A DNA stretch of 59,761 nucleotides, the filler included, from Basidioascus undulatus (Eukaryota): the NCBI GenBank assembly GCA_000826855.1. It is 4 parts of 4 records of this genome, joined end to end, with 100 filler letters (N's around TTAATTAATTAA, not from the genome) between each part and the next. Parts side by side here need not be neighbours in the genome. Positions count along the whole stretch, not along the records: positions 1 to 14,877 come from JTLS01000685.1; 3 more parts are not named here. The stretch is one strand, 5' to 3'. The notes below the pieces were generated by a model. That model made no database searches. It had not been told where the DNA came from and was given only the letters and a program-made list of their open reading frames with translations. Shown here one piece after another: positions 1 through 12,813 of this stretch. Position 1 is the stretch's first letter; the number at the start of each line of letters is the position of its first letter. The position numbers were made by a program, and so were the translations under genes.

Positions 1-226
1 GCTCAGCTGTGCTGAACTGTCTTGTGACTCGCTCACGATCAGTGGCTCACTCTGTTCTCTCCTCTCGACCACCCCCCATTCCCTCGAAGCCTCACCACTC
101 TCGTATTACCCGCTCTGTACATCTCCAAACTCACACTTCGCACTTCGAAATGCTCGCTCGCACCTTCAGTCGAATCCTCCATCGCTCTCGCTTCGCTCGC
201 CCTTCGACGTTACTCTCGGTCTCAAT

Positions 227-1350
227 GTGCCGGCAATGTGGACTTCCGCGCTGCTTACGCCCATCGTTAAACTCTATCAAATGGCCGCTGGCTTATCGGT
301 TCACCGAACCTATTCCATTGCCGCGACTTCGCCTTGGGCGGCCGCTTTGCTGGCCAACAAAGACGAGGAAAAGCTGAAGTACTTATGCAGTCGACACCTT
401 TCACGGGACAAGACTGAGCTCTCTGTTTCACTGGACGATGAGTTCCACGATCACTTCCTCGATTCCTCGTATCAAGTTCTCGACCATCTGTACGACAGCT
501 CTTCTTTGGGCGCCCGGATCGAATCCTTCGAGATGCTTTGGTGGGAGGTGTCTATGTCTAGTGATGTCGAGGCCCAGGGAAGAGACGGGTGCAAGCTTGT
601 GAGTTCAATTATATTCCAAGTTCCAAAAACAGGAGAGACTGAGCAAACTCAATTGCTATTGCAGTACATTCGCCTCACCACCGAGGCATTGCACCTGTTG
701 CCCAATCTGCATTCGCTCAGACTCGATGCTACTCGTGGGACCTGGACTTTCGACTTCGCAGGAAGCTGCTTTCCACAACCGCCTCGCTGCCCTACCTCGA
801 GTTATACGGCACTGGCCTTCACAAACCTCCTCCGTTGTTCGACCGTCTTGTGGTACCCGTCCAAAGGAACTCACCCTCTCCGTGTCAGCGTGGACCGGAC
901 TGGAGATCGATTACGCACGGCACTGGAATAATTTCATGAAGGGGGAGGGGCAACGGCTCGAGCGATTGGCGGTCGACTTCTTCGACTTCTTCGGGGTCGT
1001 GTACCTCTTCAATCACGAGTGCAATTCGGAGTCCCCTCCTCTCTTCATCAGGCGCCCGAGATACTCCTCAACGGAGCGGAGCTTCCTGCTCTCCACGAGA
1101 TTGCTGTGACGCGCTTGATCCTACTGGACCTTGACAGTATCCTCAATGACACGGAGGGTTATAAAATCGCACGCCGGGAGGATGATGATGGCCTTGAACG
1201 CTGATCCAAAAGCAACGTGGGGCAGGCCAAGGTCCAGGAGCTCTGAAAAGATACCTTGTCTTACTACGCTGCGGTCGGAAACTGGCTTAAGGGACGATTT
1301 CCGGAAGTCAAGGGGTGGAAGGTCGAGACTCGGGAAAACGTTGTGATCTC
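227..1350 (+). pseudogene. Degenerate F-box/LRR-like hypothetical gene fragments
   Basis: Staggered overlapping ORFs (227-931, 726-1109, 1019-1204) with LRR-like phrases (ALHLLPNLHSLRL, LERLAVDF, LPALHEIAV); no clean splice signals link the frames. Confidence 0.3.
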
Positions 1351-2700
1351 TCTCCCTCTCTCACTTACACCGTCACCCGCGCCTGAAAGTACTTTCCCTT
1401 TGTTGAATTTGCAAACCATCGCATTTTGCGCTTTTAATCGCTTGAAATTGGGTTATCTTCAAGACTGCCTGTCCCAAACGTACTGCAAAGTGGTGATGCT
1501 GACTGTTGGCGTCATTGCCTACACTCATGGCAAGTTGAGGCACTTGGGAAGAATTGACGTCTTTTTTTTTTTCAATGGTCTAGTGGGGACATACTTCAGC
1601 GGCCGGTCATTGGCTGCAGCAGTGAGAGGTCGGACAGCATGTCGGACACTCCCTTACCCGGATAGTGTTATGTCATCCCACTAAGTGAAATATACGTAAA
1701 GTATGCTGGTGGTGGACTGCACTGCAGTAGTCTCACTGCTGCGTAGCCAGGGGCCTGTCGCCGCGCAGGCCCTTGGCTCTGCATGGCGTTCCTGCCCCCT
1801 TCCCCACTGTGACTATGTCAGTGGAAAAATTATGACTCTGCCTTTTGGATGTCCTGTCAGGTAACGGTGCCCAACAAACACGGTGCTTTTTTGCTTTTAT
1901 GTTTGCGCGATATCCGCTTCCAACAGGCGCAGTCATCGTCTGTGTCACGGTCATGTCCTCGGGCATGCCAGCCCCTTTTACTTCCAGTGTCTGGGCCAAA
2001 TTGAAGATACCCTGAAGAATACATTTTCAAGCCGCACGAGCTCAAGGGCATGAGGCCACCTTCGTCGAGCGCCACGGTGGGCCCTCGCGCGGCTTCCACC
2101 GCCACAGCGTTTAGTCAGGCTCGCGACTCGCAGTACAGAAGTGTTCTCGAGATTAAGTACCAAGACTGCAATGGGGTATCGTTTGATCAGATACACTTGA
2201 AGAAAACTCCAGGTATTCACTGTTTTAAGACTATATGTATTCCGCTGTGCGTACGGCAAGGCTGTAGAGCCTGCATAGGCAAGCGACGAACTAGACAGCG
2301 TCGTCAGTTCTGTTTTCCAAACGTCCATCATGATGAATGGTATGGAGCGTCTGTATTTTTCGCATGGACGCCGCACAAGCGGTACTTGGGGTTACCGTGA
2401 GCAGAGCAATCAAAGCATCGCCCCGCCCGTTAGGCAGCTCAGCGACACTGAGCGTCATTTGAGACATTCCCTTGCCCTGTGTTGGGCTTAGATCGAGAAT
2501 CTCTTAAAGCTCTAGGTGCCTCAAGCTGACCATCCAAGCTGAGTGCCTGTCGAGACCGCTTGAGCGGGTCGACCAGCGCTCGGGACCTCACACGTCCTCG
2601 CCTCTCCCCTCCCGTTCCGCTGCGGGTACCCCATCCCCCCATCCCAAATAAAGATCCCCAGGCCTGCACAAGTAAATACGGACTGGAAATATGCGAGACG

Positions 2701-3112
2701 TTCCCCACCAAAAGGCGGGTACGCGGGCTTTTATACAGGAGAGCCGACATGTCACACAGCGGGGTCAGACGCGTCCTGTGGAGGAGATTGCACTGGGAGA
2801 CCATCCGTCACGAAGGGGTACAATACCTGAATCACCCCTATACGGCGGTGTCCAGGCTAGGACCCGACTCCGCCTCAGGCTTTTGGGCCCGCGCTGACCC
2901 CGAGTGCCGCCCGCCTGCTGCCGGAGCCCGGAGAAAGGGGATGGATTTGGATGGGATGGGGAGGTGGTGAATGCTAATAGGGATCCGCGCCATTAAGTGT
3001 AGGATCAGGGAAGGTGGAAGGGAGACGATGAAATTCAAGGACAGCTAGCTGTGGCCGGAGGAGGAGGAGGTTGCCGGTGGAAGAGAAGCGGGTGGCATCG
3101 GGGCGTGAAACG
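2701..3112 (-). repeat. Copy A of a ~400-bp dispersed non-coding repeat (inverted relative to 12814-13216)
   Basis: Reverse complement aligns with 12814-13216; 32-nt exact block 2887-2918 = revcomp of 13003-13034; further exact blocks ACAGGAGAGCCGACATGTCACACA and CAGACGCGTCCTGTGGAGGAGAT. Confidence 0.9.
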
Positions 3113-3377
3113 GGAAGCGGTGGACTGACTGCTCAAGCCTTTCTTTCCGTCCCTTCACCATGGTCTGAGGTCGATTGTTTGAGAACACCTTTGGGTGGCT
3201 TGTCATCTACCATAGTCTACACCCTCACGCTGGCTTGACGTTCAGTCTGGCCTGTACATGTGCGGCGTGAATCTTCCTGGGCGCCGCGGCATGCGAAGCC
3301 AGTCCCGCACCAAACGTGCAGCTCTTGGTATCCTCGCGCAACTTTCTGGGCCCGGAGTCCAGTCACACCAAGAAGCA

Positions 3378-3564
3378 AGATGATATTGAAGGGTGCGAGG
3401 GTCTTGGGGAGGTCGGAAGCGGTGATCGGGAGAGTGAAGGGGGTGAAGCTGGTCTTGGGGTGGGATGCGAGGAGGGGCGCCCAGTGCGCCGCTGAGGGCG
3501 GAGAGTAGGAGGTATAGTCGTCTAATATCGCGATGCGCACATCGCCTGAGATAGTGGATGACAT
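3378..3564 (-). pseudogene. N-terminal fragment of a D-isomer-specific 2-hydroxyacid dehydrogenase
   Basis: MSSTISGDVRIAILDDY...DLPKTLAPFNII matches the IAILDDY-type family start; the expected MRERT motif and the NAD-binding domain do not follow. Confidence 0.65.
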
Positions 3565-3793
3565 GGCGTGGGTTCTGAAATTTTGAAATGGTCAAAGGAC
3601 AAGGAGATGGAGGAGAGAGCCCAAGAGGGAAGAGGGACGAAGGAAGACTAGACGGCCTCACCATGGCGTGCTCCTCCTTCGGCCCGACCTCCCGAAAGCA
3701 GTCGCGTGCTCGTCGCGTCGACGCAAATGAAAGGCCCGTCAGTAAAGAATCATGCCCGCCAATTCTTCCACTCAACGTCTCCATTCTCTCAAA

Positions 3794-6700
3794 CTATACC
3801 ATACAAGTACACCTAGGCCTGCCGCCAATCCCTCTCCGTACTCCCTCTTCCTCTCCTGCTCCTCCCGCGCCAATCCGCCTCTTTTCCGTTCTTGTCCAGT
3901 CTCTCCGCCCCACCTCAAACCGCGTCCGGCCGTGCGACATAATTGCCACCCCACGGCTTGATCCGCCCCGGACCGCCCTTGTACACGCTGCTCTCGACGA
4001 GGTTGAGCGCGGGTAGGCGGAGCGCCCGCTTGTGGTCCTGCAGCGCCCAGTGCGACAGCGCGAGGGTGTTGGTACCGTTGCTAGAAGTGTGAGAAAAAAA
4101 AGAGGGCGTAAGACTTTCGGATTTATGCTGAGGGGGGAAATAAGATAAAGAGGAAGAAGCAGACGGACTAGTTGAGAATGCCCTCGTGCACGCGGAACGA
4201 ATTTTGTGGACCTGTTGGGAAGGCGAATAGATCAGAAGATGTTAACTGATGAGAATTAAGCCGGTAAACGTACCGAGGTTTGCGACACGCTGTGTTCGAA
4301 CCGGTCCGAATTGTTAGCTATGCGGCCCGCATCACCACCAGTCAACGCGTACCTTCGCCATCTGCCACCCGTTCACCTGTTTCCGTCCAGCGAGTTTGCA
4401 CCACGTCGTGCTGTCTCTCCACTTCCCCCTCACGAATAGCAACGCACATATAGCTGACACCGATAGTCCGCCTCGTCCCCGTCAAACACAAACGCGAGCG
4501 GTATGTCGTATCCCTCCGGCAAGATGAGCTCGAACGTTGTTCTATAGAACCCGACGCCAACTTTCGGGATACCCTCCTGGGGCGAGCGTTCCTCCCAAGA
4601 GGAGTCGTCGAAGCCGGGGAGGTGGTAGCCTTTGCGCTGCAGATCAAAGCACGCTTCAGCGCCGGACGGGCGGAGCAGGGAGGAAGGGGACGTACTTCGG
4701 CGAAGAGACCGCCTGGGAGAAGAGAGTGCGAATCAGCGTTCGTGGACGCGGCTGAGATGAGAGGGAGGGGAAAGCTCTTGAGACTGAGGAGACTTACCTT
4801 CGTTGAGGATTGTACGCTGTCGATGGAGAGCGTCAATTTTGGTCGCTGTACCACTGCAGCGGAGTGGAAAGGCCGCAAGACTCACGATACGATCGGGGAA
4901 CTTGTTCTGTCCGCCGTAGTTGCCAGCAACCTGGGGATAACAGACACCCGCAGTTCAGTTGCTTGCCGTTTTCTCGCAGTATCTCAGCGGCCGCGCACCT
5001 TCCAGTGGTCGAACTGGGTGGAGTTGTCGCCGGAAATGAGGTAGTAGCCCTGTCGCCTTCGTGTCAAAGACAGTATTCTTCATTTCGCAGCGGTATTCGA
5101 AGGGGTTTGAACGGACCTGGATCCCGCGCGGCAACTTGATGTCGTCTTGGCTACCACCCGGAAGCGAGTTACTCGATTGGTTCTACCGTCCCTTATAATT
5201 CAGCGTTTCCTGCAATCTCGCCCTCCAGTCCCTCGTCGCTACTCACATAGCCCATATGGTCCTGCAGCACAGTCAAGACGTTCTCGCCCTTCTTGACGCT
5301 CTGCTGGGGGAAGTAGAACGTCTCGTTCATCGTTTTGAGCCGGGCGAGGTCCTCCATCGACCCGAGGAAGACGTCGTTGAGCCAGACGCTCGCCGCGAAG
5401 GACGACCCGCCCGAGATGGACAGGTTCACGGCCGTCGGCGTCGAGTCGTGGTTCAGGTTCGGGGTGGAGAAGTGCCCGCGCCAGATGAGGTTGCCGACCT
5501 GCGAAGGAGGCACTGTCATTGAAGGACCTAGGAAAGGCGTCTGAGTGAAAGGGATGCTCACATGGTAGCCGTAGTCGTTTGCGTAGAGAATCCACGGGTC
5601 GCCGTAGAACGGCTTGTAAGGATTGTTCGTCCTGTAAAGGAAGTCGTGGTAATGAGCATGCTGTCCTTCGAATGCGACAAGAGATTGAAACTCGCTTCGT
5701 ATGGTCCGCATCGGTCCACTTTGAATCATCAAAGTCCTGCTTGACTTCGGGCAACGAGTCCTGCCCATCCCCACACGAGCAGGTCAATGTCGCTGCGCAG
5801 CGCTGCAGGGCGTTGCACATCACTCACGATGAACTTCCACCGCTCGAAATTCGGGAACGAGAAGTTAGGACGCTCGAACTCGAGGGTCGCCTCGTACGCG
5901 CCCCACACGTTCGGCTTGACATCGATGACTTGGCCGTTCCACGTCACTTGGCGTATGTTGCTCGGCGCGACGATGGTGACGGGTGTTGTCCGGTTGATGT
6001 CGCCCCACAGGTCGAGGTCGCGGTGGTCGATCGACGCGTTTCGGACGAGGTACCTGCGAGCGTTGCGCTTCTGTCAGAAACGTGGAAGAAGAGGCGACAG
6101 AACATCGATGATGGAGACAAGACACGTACGGGCCCTGAACCAGCACCGTTTGGTTCGTTTCGAATTGAATGTAGCCCGCGTAGTTGTCCTTCGGGTTCTG
6201 CGCGATCGCCGGCGCCCAGAAAGACGTTGCCGTGCGGTAGTCGGTGACGATGCTGTAGAAACGAATAAGATGAAGTTAGACAGGCGCTACGAGCAGGACA
6301 ATGCACACATACACCAAGACGGAGCCCTTCCCGCGGCCGATGCGGATCGCTGTTAGGCCCTTTTCAAGGACGAAGTTGATGATGATGCGGTTCTTCAACA
6401 AGTTCGTAGCGCTTCAGTCTCGTCCTGAATCGAGCTGCCGAGCTCGCTTTCGCACCTTCGTCTTTTTGTAGTCCGCCTTCGTAGGCCCATGCTGCGACAT
6501 CTTCGTGCTGCGCGGCGTGTCGAAGGCCATCTCATACGTGAATCCAGGCGTGCCTTCGACCAGGATGATGTCGACATCGTCGATCTGATTGATGTGGACG
6601 ATCCCAATGGTGGCTGTCACAGAGTTAAGAAGTTAGCCGCTTTGCTACGCTGTGAAAAGAATGAACCGGACATGCAGTAGAAGATGCGGTTGTAATCGCT

Positions 6701-9628
6701 GATCTGGACTTCCGCACTGTAATGCCAAATATTAGTCTCGCTCGATACAAGATGTCTACCTGAAAACGTACACCAAAATGCGTGAGTCTCTGCCGTTTAG
6801 CGTGATCTGCCCGCCCAGCTCGGGCACCCGTATCCACCCGTACGAGTACGTGTTGATGTCAAGCTTGAAGCTTTGAATCTCGCTGCGATAATATGGAAGC
6901 ATACATCAGCGCTTTCACAATGCAAATGCAGCGACTTCGCATACTCACAACGAGCTCGAGTTGGACTGTCGCACGACATAAAAGCTCGCGCCTGTATCTG
7001 GGTTGCGCAGCGCGGTGGTGTAGATGCGGCGGTTCGTCGTGAGCATGCCGGAGCCTTCGCCCATCAGGTCGGTCTTGTAGAGGTCGGGCATGCTGCGCAG
7101 GAAGAGGCTCTGCAGCTTGAATTCGCCGTACCTGCAGGAACCGCAGTCAGATTTTGCGATGTTTCTAGCAGTCAAAGGAACGCTTTACTTCGGTACGAGC
7201 TCGCGGCCTTCTCCGATCACAGCGGCGTAGTCGTAGGACGTGTAGACCGCTGCGAAGGAGAGTCAGATCATGTGAATCTGTGCGAAGTCCGAGAAAAGCG
7301 GAGCACTTGGGAATGCGAGCTGGCCCCAGTTTGTCCCGCCGTACCTGGCCGATCCCACGTACGTGTAAGTGAGGCTGACAAGGGTCGAAAGGCAACTCCA
7401 CCTACATCATGTAGAAGTTGACGGCTTTTGGGAAAGAGTGTCAGCTCTGAGTTCTGAGGGGAGATAATAACTCTCCTTACCTGTGAAGCCCTGCGCGATG
7501 TTGTTCAGGTAAAACACCCGCGTGTAGTCCTCGCCAGTCAGGATGAGGCAGTTGTTGTGGCCAGATGTCGAGCCCCAGAAGTCGAACGCGCCACCCTGGA
7601 ACCTGTCGAGCGACGTGAGCTCGTCTCAGAAGACGGCTCCGCCGCTGCTCAGCTGGGCGTACTCGGGACTAGTCTTGGGATGCCATGGCGCAACGTAGTC
7701 GAGCTGCAAAGGCAACAAAGGTCTACAGATTGATATTATCAGATAACCGTGCACCAAAACGTACGTATTCGCGGTATGTAGTGGCAACCTGAGGCCACTT
7801 GCGGGGCTGCTCGCAGTTGAAGCCGATGGGATCTAGCGTAGCAGGCTCAGCTCCTGCACGCATAACCAAGGGGAAACCACATACACAGATCGAGCCCGTA
7901 TATGTCTGGAGACCCAAGGCCATCACCATAGCCCCAACCGTTGTAATGAGGATTCGCCCATTTCAGGTCGGGCTCGTTGAACATCGTCGGGACTACGATG
8001 CCGTGCGACCGCGAGGCGTCTTCCAGCTCTTGCATGTACTGTACAGAAGGACTGAGGATAAGCTCCCGAATGAGGCACACAGAGCAGCTTGTGTTGAGAG
8101 AGACGTACCTCTGATCGACGTGGTCCTGAGTACAACCGTTTTCCGCTGTCAGCACCGAACGGCGGGCCGAGACAGGGGCAAGACCTATCTGCTCATACTC
8201 ATTCTGAACGAACTCCAAGATTCAGTACTAATCTGTAAACCGGGTAAGAGGTCATCACGTACATCTTTCTGATACAGACTGCGCAGGCGGCTCGGGCGTC
8301 AGCCGGATGCGAAACAAGGCATAGCGGCAGACGTACATTACAGGCCCGCCGTGGGAGATCTGATGCCGCTCGACAATCTCGTTCATTTTCTTGAACTGCG
8401 GCTGCCATGAGTTCCGATCCGAGTTTAGTAAGAAGAAGAGACCTTACGTATAGTTGCCAAGTCTCGTGGAATCCAGTGTCGTTCGTCCGGATCTCCCCTG
8501 TGCGAGTGCCAGGTCAGCAAGTGCAGTGGTGCCGAAGGACGCGCGCTGACATACCCGGCCGCGCCGTGACCCATCCTATTCCAATTCCAAACGTTCAGCG
8601 GTGCTCATAATTTGGAGATGTCGCCCAGCTCACCGGGTATACCTCCGCCAGTCGTCTCCGCGCTGCAACGCATTCATCTTAAGCTTTCTCCAAGCCCTTC
8701 TCCCCAGAACGTGAACATACTTGATATATGGTCCGGGTCTCGCTGCGGAGGCAAAACTGGTAAGTGACGAGGCAAGCGCCAGCTGGAGCGCGAGGACACA
8801 CCTATCACCCACAGGCCCGCCTTCTTGCACTCGATGATGAAGGGCTCCCAGTTGTTGACGCCCTCGAGGTCCAACCGGCCGGGTGTTGTCTCGGCTGCGA
8901 AGACGGTAAGAAGGTGGAAAGGAAGATTGCGCGGCCGAAAAGCGTACTCATGGCCCAGCTGCGCAGCGTCGACTGTCAGCGTTTTTCAAGCAGTGCAGTA
9001 GTCGAGACTCGATGACTTACTTAGTGTAGATCGAGATCGTGTTGGCCCCCGATGCAACTGTCTTTTGGATTACCTAAAACAGGGGAGCTCCCGTGAAGTA
9101 GTGAACGAAACCACAGCGAGACACAAAGGTACGCACGTCGCGCCAGAGCGCCGGCACCGGCAGCCGCCAAGGGTGGATCTCGCCTGCAGAGTCCGCCTTC
9201 AGCTGGAGAACGGTCCGACTAATACCCCAGTTGAGCAAGAACTTACCGCCTTGGACGTAGATGCGCTGTGGAGGCCGGCTGCGATACGGCTTGACGAGAT
9301 AGCTGTACGAGTCCCAGTAGACCTTGTCCGTCAAGCCCGTCGAGTTCAACAATTCACCTCCGTAAACGTCTCTGTTGGGGGGCGAGAACGCGGCAGGGGT
9401 CTTGCGCAGCGGCTTGACCTCGGGCCTGAAGAACGCGGCGTAGACGAGCGCGCCGAGGCCGAGCGCGCCGGCGGCGAAGGCGACGATGAGCGCGACGACT
9501 CGCTTCCACGAGCGCGGATGGCGCTTGCACGGGCGCGGGTGCTCGGAATCCGTCTCGGGCTCGCTCGGCCCGGGGAGGAGCGGAAGGTCGTCATGCCCCG
9601 GCGTGACGGTCTTTGAGAACACCGTCAT
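3794..9628 (-). CDS. lacA: GH35 beta-galactosidase (LacA-like), many introns, N-terminal membrane anchor; 3' end approximate
   Basis: Spliced motifs WDSYS...GGEIHPWRLPVPALWRDV, RPGPYI, GGPVILYQKDNEY (acid/base), PEFQGG (nucleophile), NFYMMYGGTNWG, YTSYDY, LYANDYGYH, ENVLTVLQDHMG, NGTNTLALSHWAL. Confidence 0.93.
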
Positions 9629-10027
9629 GGGCGGCAGCGGCGCAGGATGAATACAAGAAGGCGAATAGGTGGAAGCGAGATGGGCTGGAAGCGACGGAGA
9701 CGAGCACAAGCCGACGAGGACGATGTCGCCGACGTCGGGATCGAGATGGGCAGCCAGCCAGCGAGGCGAGGGCGGCAGGAGACCGAGAGCTTGAAACGGT
9801 GAGCGTGGTCGAGCTTATCAGCTTGACCTCATCGCAAGCCCACTCTTTGCGCCCCTGCTCAGCGCCCGAACAGAAAGCTTCGAAGTCTGCAAACGTAAGC
9901 GGAATATGAATGCGAAAGGCAATGCCATATCGCAAAACGCTGAAGGAAGGCAGCATAAGGACCAGGGAAAAGGTTGACCGCACGGCAACAAGTGGCAGCA
10001 GCGTAGTCGACGAATGCAGCCGAAACC

Positions 10028-12019
10028 CTACAAAGAGATAGATAAGAAATATCTCGCGCTCGCCCCGCGCGCCGTAGATGCGACCGATGCACTGCCGCTG
10101 CCCTGCGCGGCCGCAGACACCCCAAGACTGCCGCGACGTGGAAGACGGCATATCAGCCGCGTCCTGGCTTCAAGTTTTGGAAGTCTGCCAAGACTCACGA
10201 GTAAGCGCGATCGCCCAAGCTGAACATTCGATCGAACCAGTTCGCGCACCATGCGAGGGCGGTGCGCTGGCACGTCGTGTACTGCAGGTTGAGCGGCGGG
10301 GACGTCTCGAGCTGGCGCAGGGCGCGGTAGATGATTGACGGTTGTGGAGCACCTGGAACGTAGAATGCTCTGTGCTCGAAGTTCATGTGCCGGCGAAAAA
10401 GAGGAAGTGCGCACCGAACCGGAAGGCCGAGGCGTACGCGCTCTTCCACTTCTCTTCGAGCAGCGTCGCGCAGCGCTGAGGCTCTGGACACGCAGCGTGG
10501 CTGTATCGTGCTGAGGTTCAACAATAATTCAAGAGTACTAGAGATCAAGAACTTGAAAAGTGCACCAGATATACTCGCGCGAGATGGGGGTAACGCCCAT
10601 CTTGAGCAAGCGCTCGAGGAACCATGTCCGTCTGCGCTTCGAGCCAAATCAGCATCGGTACGCTCCGAGCCGCGGGGCGCGAAGACGCACTTCCTCTCAA
10701 GTTTGAGCAGCGTACTCTCACTCAACTCCGCGAGCTCCTCTGACTCCCAGTTCCCCCACCCGTCAAGCAAGAAGCGCGACGCCTCCTTGTACACCTCCGC
10801 GAGGCCGGCGGTGTTGATTCCCGCGTGCGCGCAGTGGTACTCTGTCCTCCGCACTCCATTTTCAGCCGTGTTCGGGGAAAACGGTGGATGGAGAAAGGCA
10901 GGACGGACCGGCCATGGCCATAGCCTGTATTGGCCGCCCCGCCGCGTGCAGGAGGAGGAAGTTTGTGCAGGCGCGGTTGAGGAGCGGGACGACGAACTGC
11001 GTGGGGTGGGTCAGCATAGGGATTTTGTGAAGCGATGGAGGTTGGGACGCACTTTGTTGGACATCATCAGGAGGGCGTCAACGTTGTACCTGTTCAACGA
11101 AGCTCAGCGTCCCTCGGTTGCCGCCTGGAGATGGCCCGAGCTCACCATGTCACGTTGCATTCGAGACTGTATCGTAAAGCGTCAGCTGCAAAAACGAGAA
11201 GACGCGGGGTCTACTACGGACTGTGGATACAAGAACCGCAAGAAGTCGTGGAATGCTTCTGGCTTCGCCGGGAGTCAATCAGGGCGACTTCGAAGCGCGA
11301 GCAGCAGCGGCGCAACTCACTTCCTCCTCTTTCAGATCCACCACCGCGACCGGTTGTCTCCTCACCGACTGCGCGCGGGTCCTCGAGCGATCCCTCCTCC
11401 CTCCTCTCAACACCTCTTTGTCCTTCGCCTCTCCCTCCTCTCCATCGCCCTCCGCCTCTCCAAGCCCCATCTCCTCCACCCCACTCTCCAACCCGCCTCC
11501 AAACAGCTCGAAGGGCTTCCCTTCTTCCTCCCTCTCGTCCTCGTCCGCCGTAAACGACACGGTTACGCCCGACACGCCGCTCGCGACGGACGCGGGGCGG
11601 CGGCGGCTGGCGTCCCCGGCAGGCTGGGTCTCTGACCAGCTGCCGAGGAGGAGGGCCTGGAAAAATGGCGAGCCGAAGATGAGGATGTCCTGGTGGGTGC
11701 TTTCCACCTTCCCCCATAATCAGCCTTCCTCTTCTCTCCTCCATTCTGAGTAAACGACGACTCACTAGAACTCCTTCCCCCCACACCGAATCAGGACATT
11801 CCCCGGGTAGCCCGCCGCCCCTCCCAGAAATGTCGGGTCGATTTCAAAACCCTCTGCAGCGCCTGCTGAAACAGAATTCGAGCGCTCGCGCGGCGGAGGA
11901 GGGAGCGGGAACGCGGAGGTGGACGCGGAGGTGGAGCCAGAGGTGCTGCTGGGGGTGACGGTGGAGAGCGGCAGGGACGGGTTGCGCGCTATGAGGCGGT
12001 GGGAAGGGTTCATAGACAT
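10028..12019 (-). CDS. BTB/POZ-domain protein with low-complexity insertion
   Basis: NVLIRCGGKEF | HQDILIFGSPFFQALLLGSWSET, AFHDFLRFLYP, YKEASRFLLD; GT-AG introns; probable stop at 10028-10030. Confidence 0.8.
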
Positions 12020-12813
12020 TATAATAGAGTATTATTGGTTTGCTGGTAGATGGACGAGTGTGAAGGTGAAAGTACGAGACCAAAAGGAGTTCAAGGCGAA
12101 AGGCGGCGAGACGCGTGGAAGGCTCCGCGTTTGATGTCGTTCGGGCCGGTGCCGCCGCCGATCTGAGTGCTGCATGGACTTTCATACCATCGGCAGCCGC
12201 AATTTCAGTCTATTTCTTTACGTTGCCCGTACCTATTTGTGTGAAAAGAACAGAAAAGTCCTTTCAAGCACGCTCAACAAAACAGCCAGATTGCAACGCC
12301 GCATAGCCCTTGCATTGAACATCCCATATGGGGGGATGCAAGTCAGCCCTAATAAGCCCAAGGTCTTCCACAAACACTACAGTGAAATGGCCAAGAAGGT
12401 GAGTGCTGCATCCAAACCCCTTTCCACTGTGGAATCCTTTTTTCACCCACTAACTCCCTTGGAGGAAGTACATGGTGCTCCCCTTCCGGCAAAACTGGTC
12501 AAAGGGCTGGCCAAAGATACAGCCCCTTAACAGACCACATGTTGCATGACTGGTGCATAAGGTAGATGGACGTCATGATGCTGTCCAGGTAAGAACTACC
12601 GCGCCTGCGCAACTTTGCGCTCAAAGGCTGTCCAAGAAGCCCACCCGTCCACCTCACTTCCCGCGTTTCCGCCGACATCAGGCTTGTGGAAGGCCACAGC
12701 CCAGGTGCGAAGTTCCCGACAGATAGGACATGAAGAAATTATATCAGAATAGTAACACAGCAGCCAAGAATTCTCTGTCACGTCGCGAAGGAACGACTTC
12801 GCCGGCGCCCCCG

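Noticed and set aside
10385..11635. Long 416-aa plus-strand ORF and similar antisense ORFs elsewhere
   Set aside because: Shadow ORFs opposite GC-rich real genes
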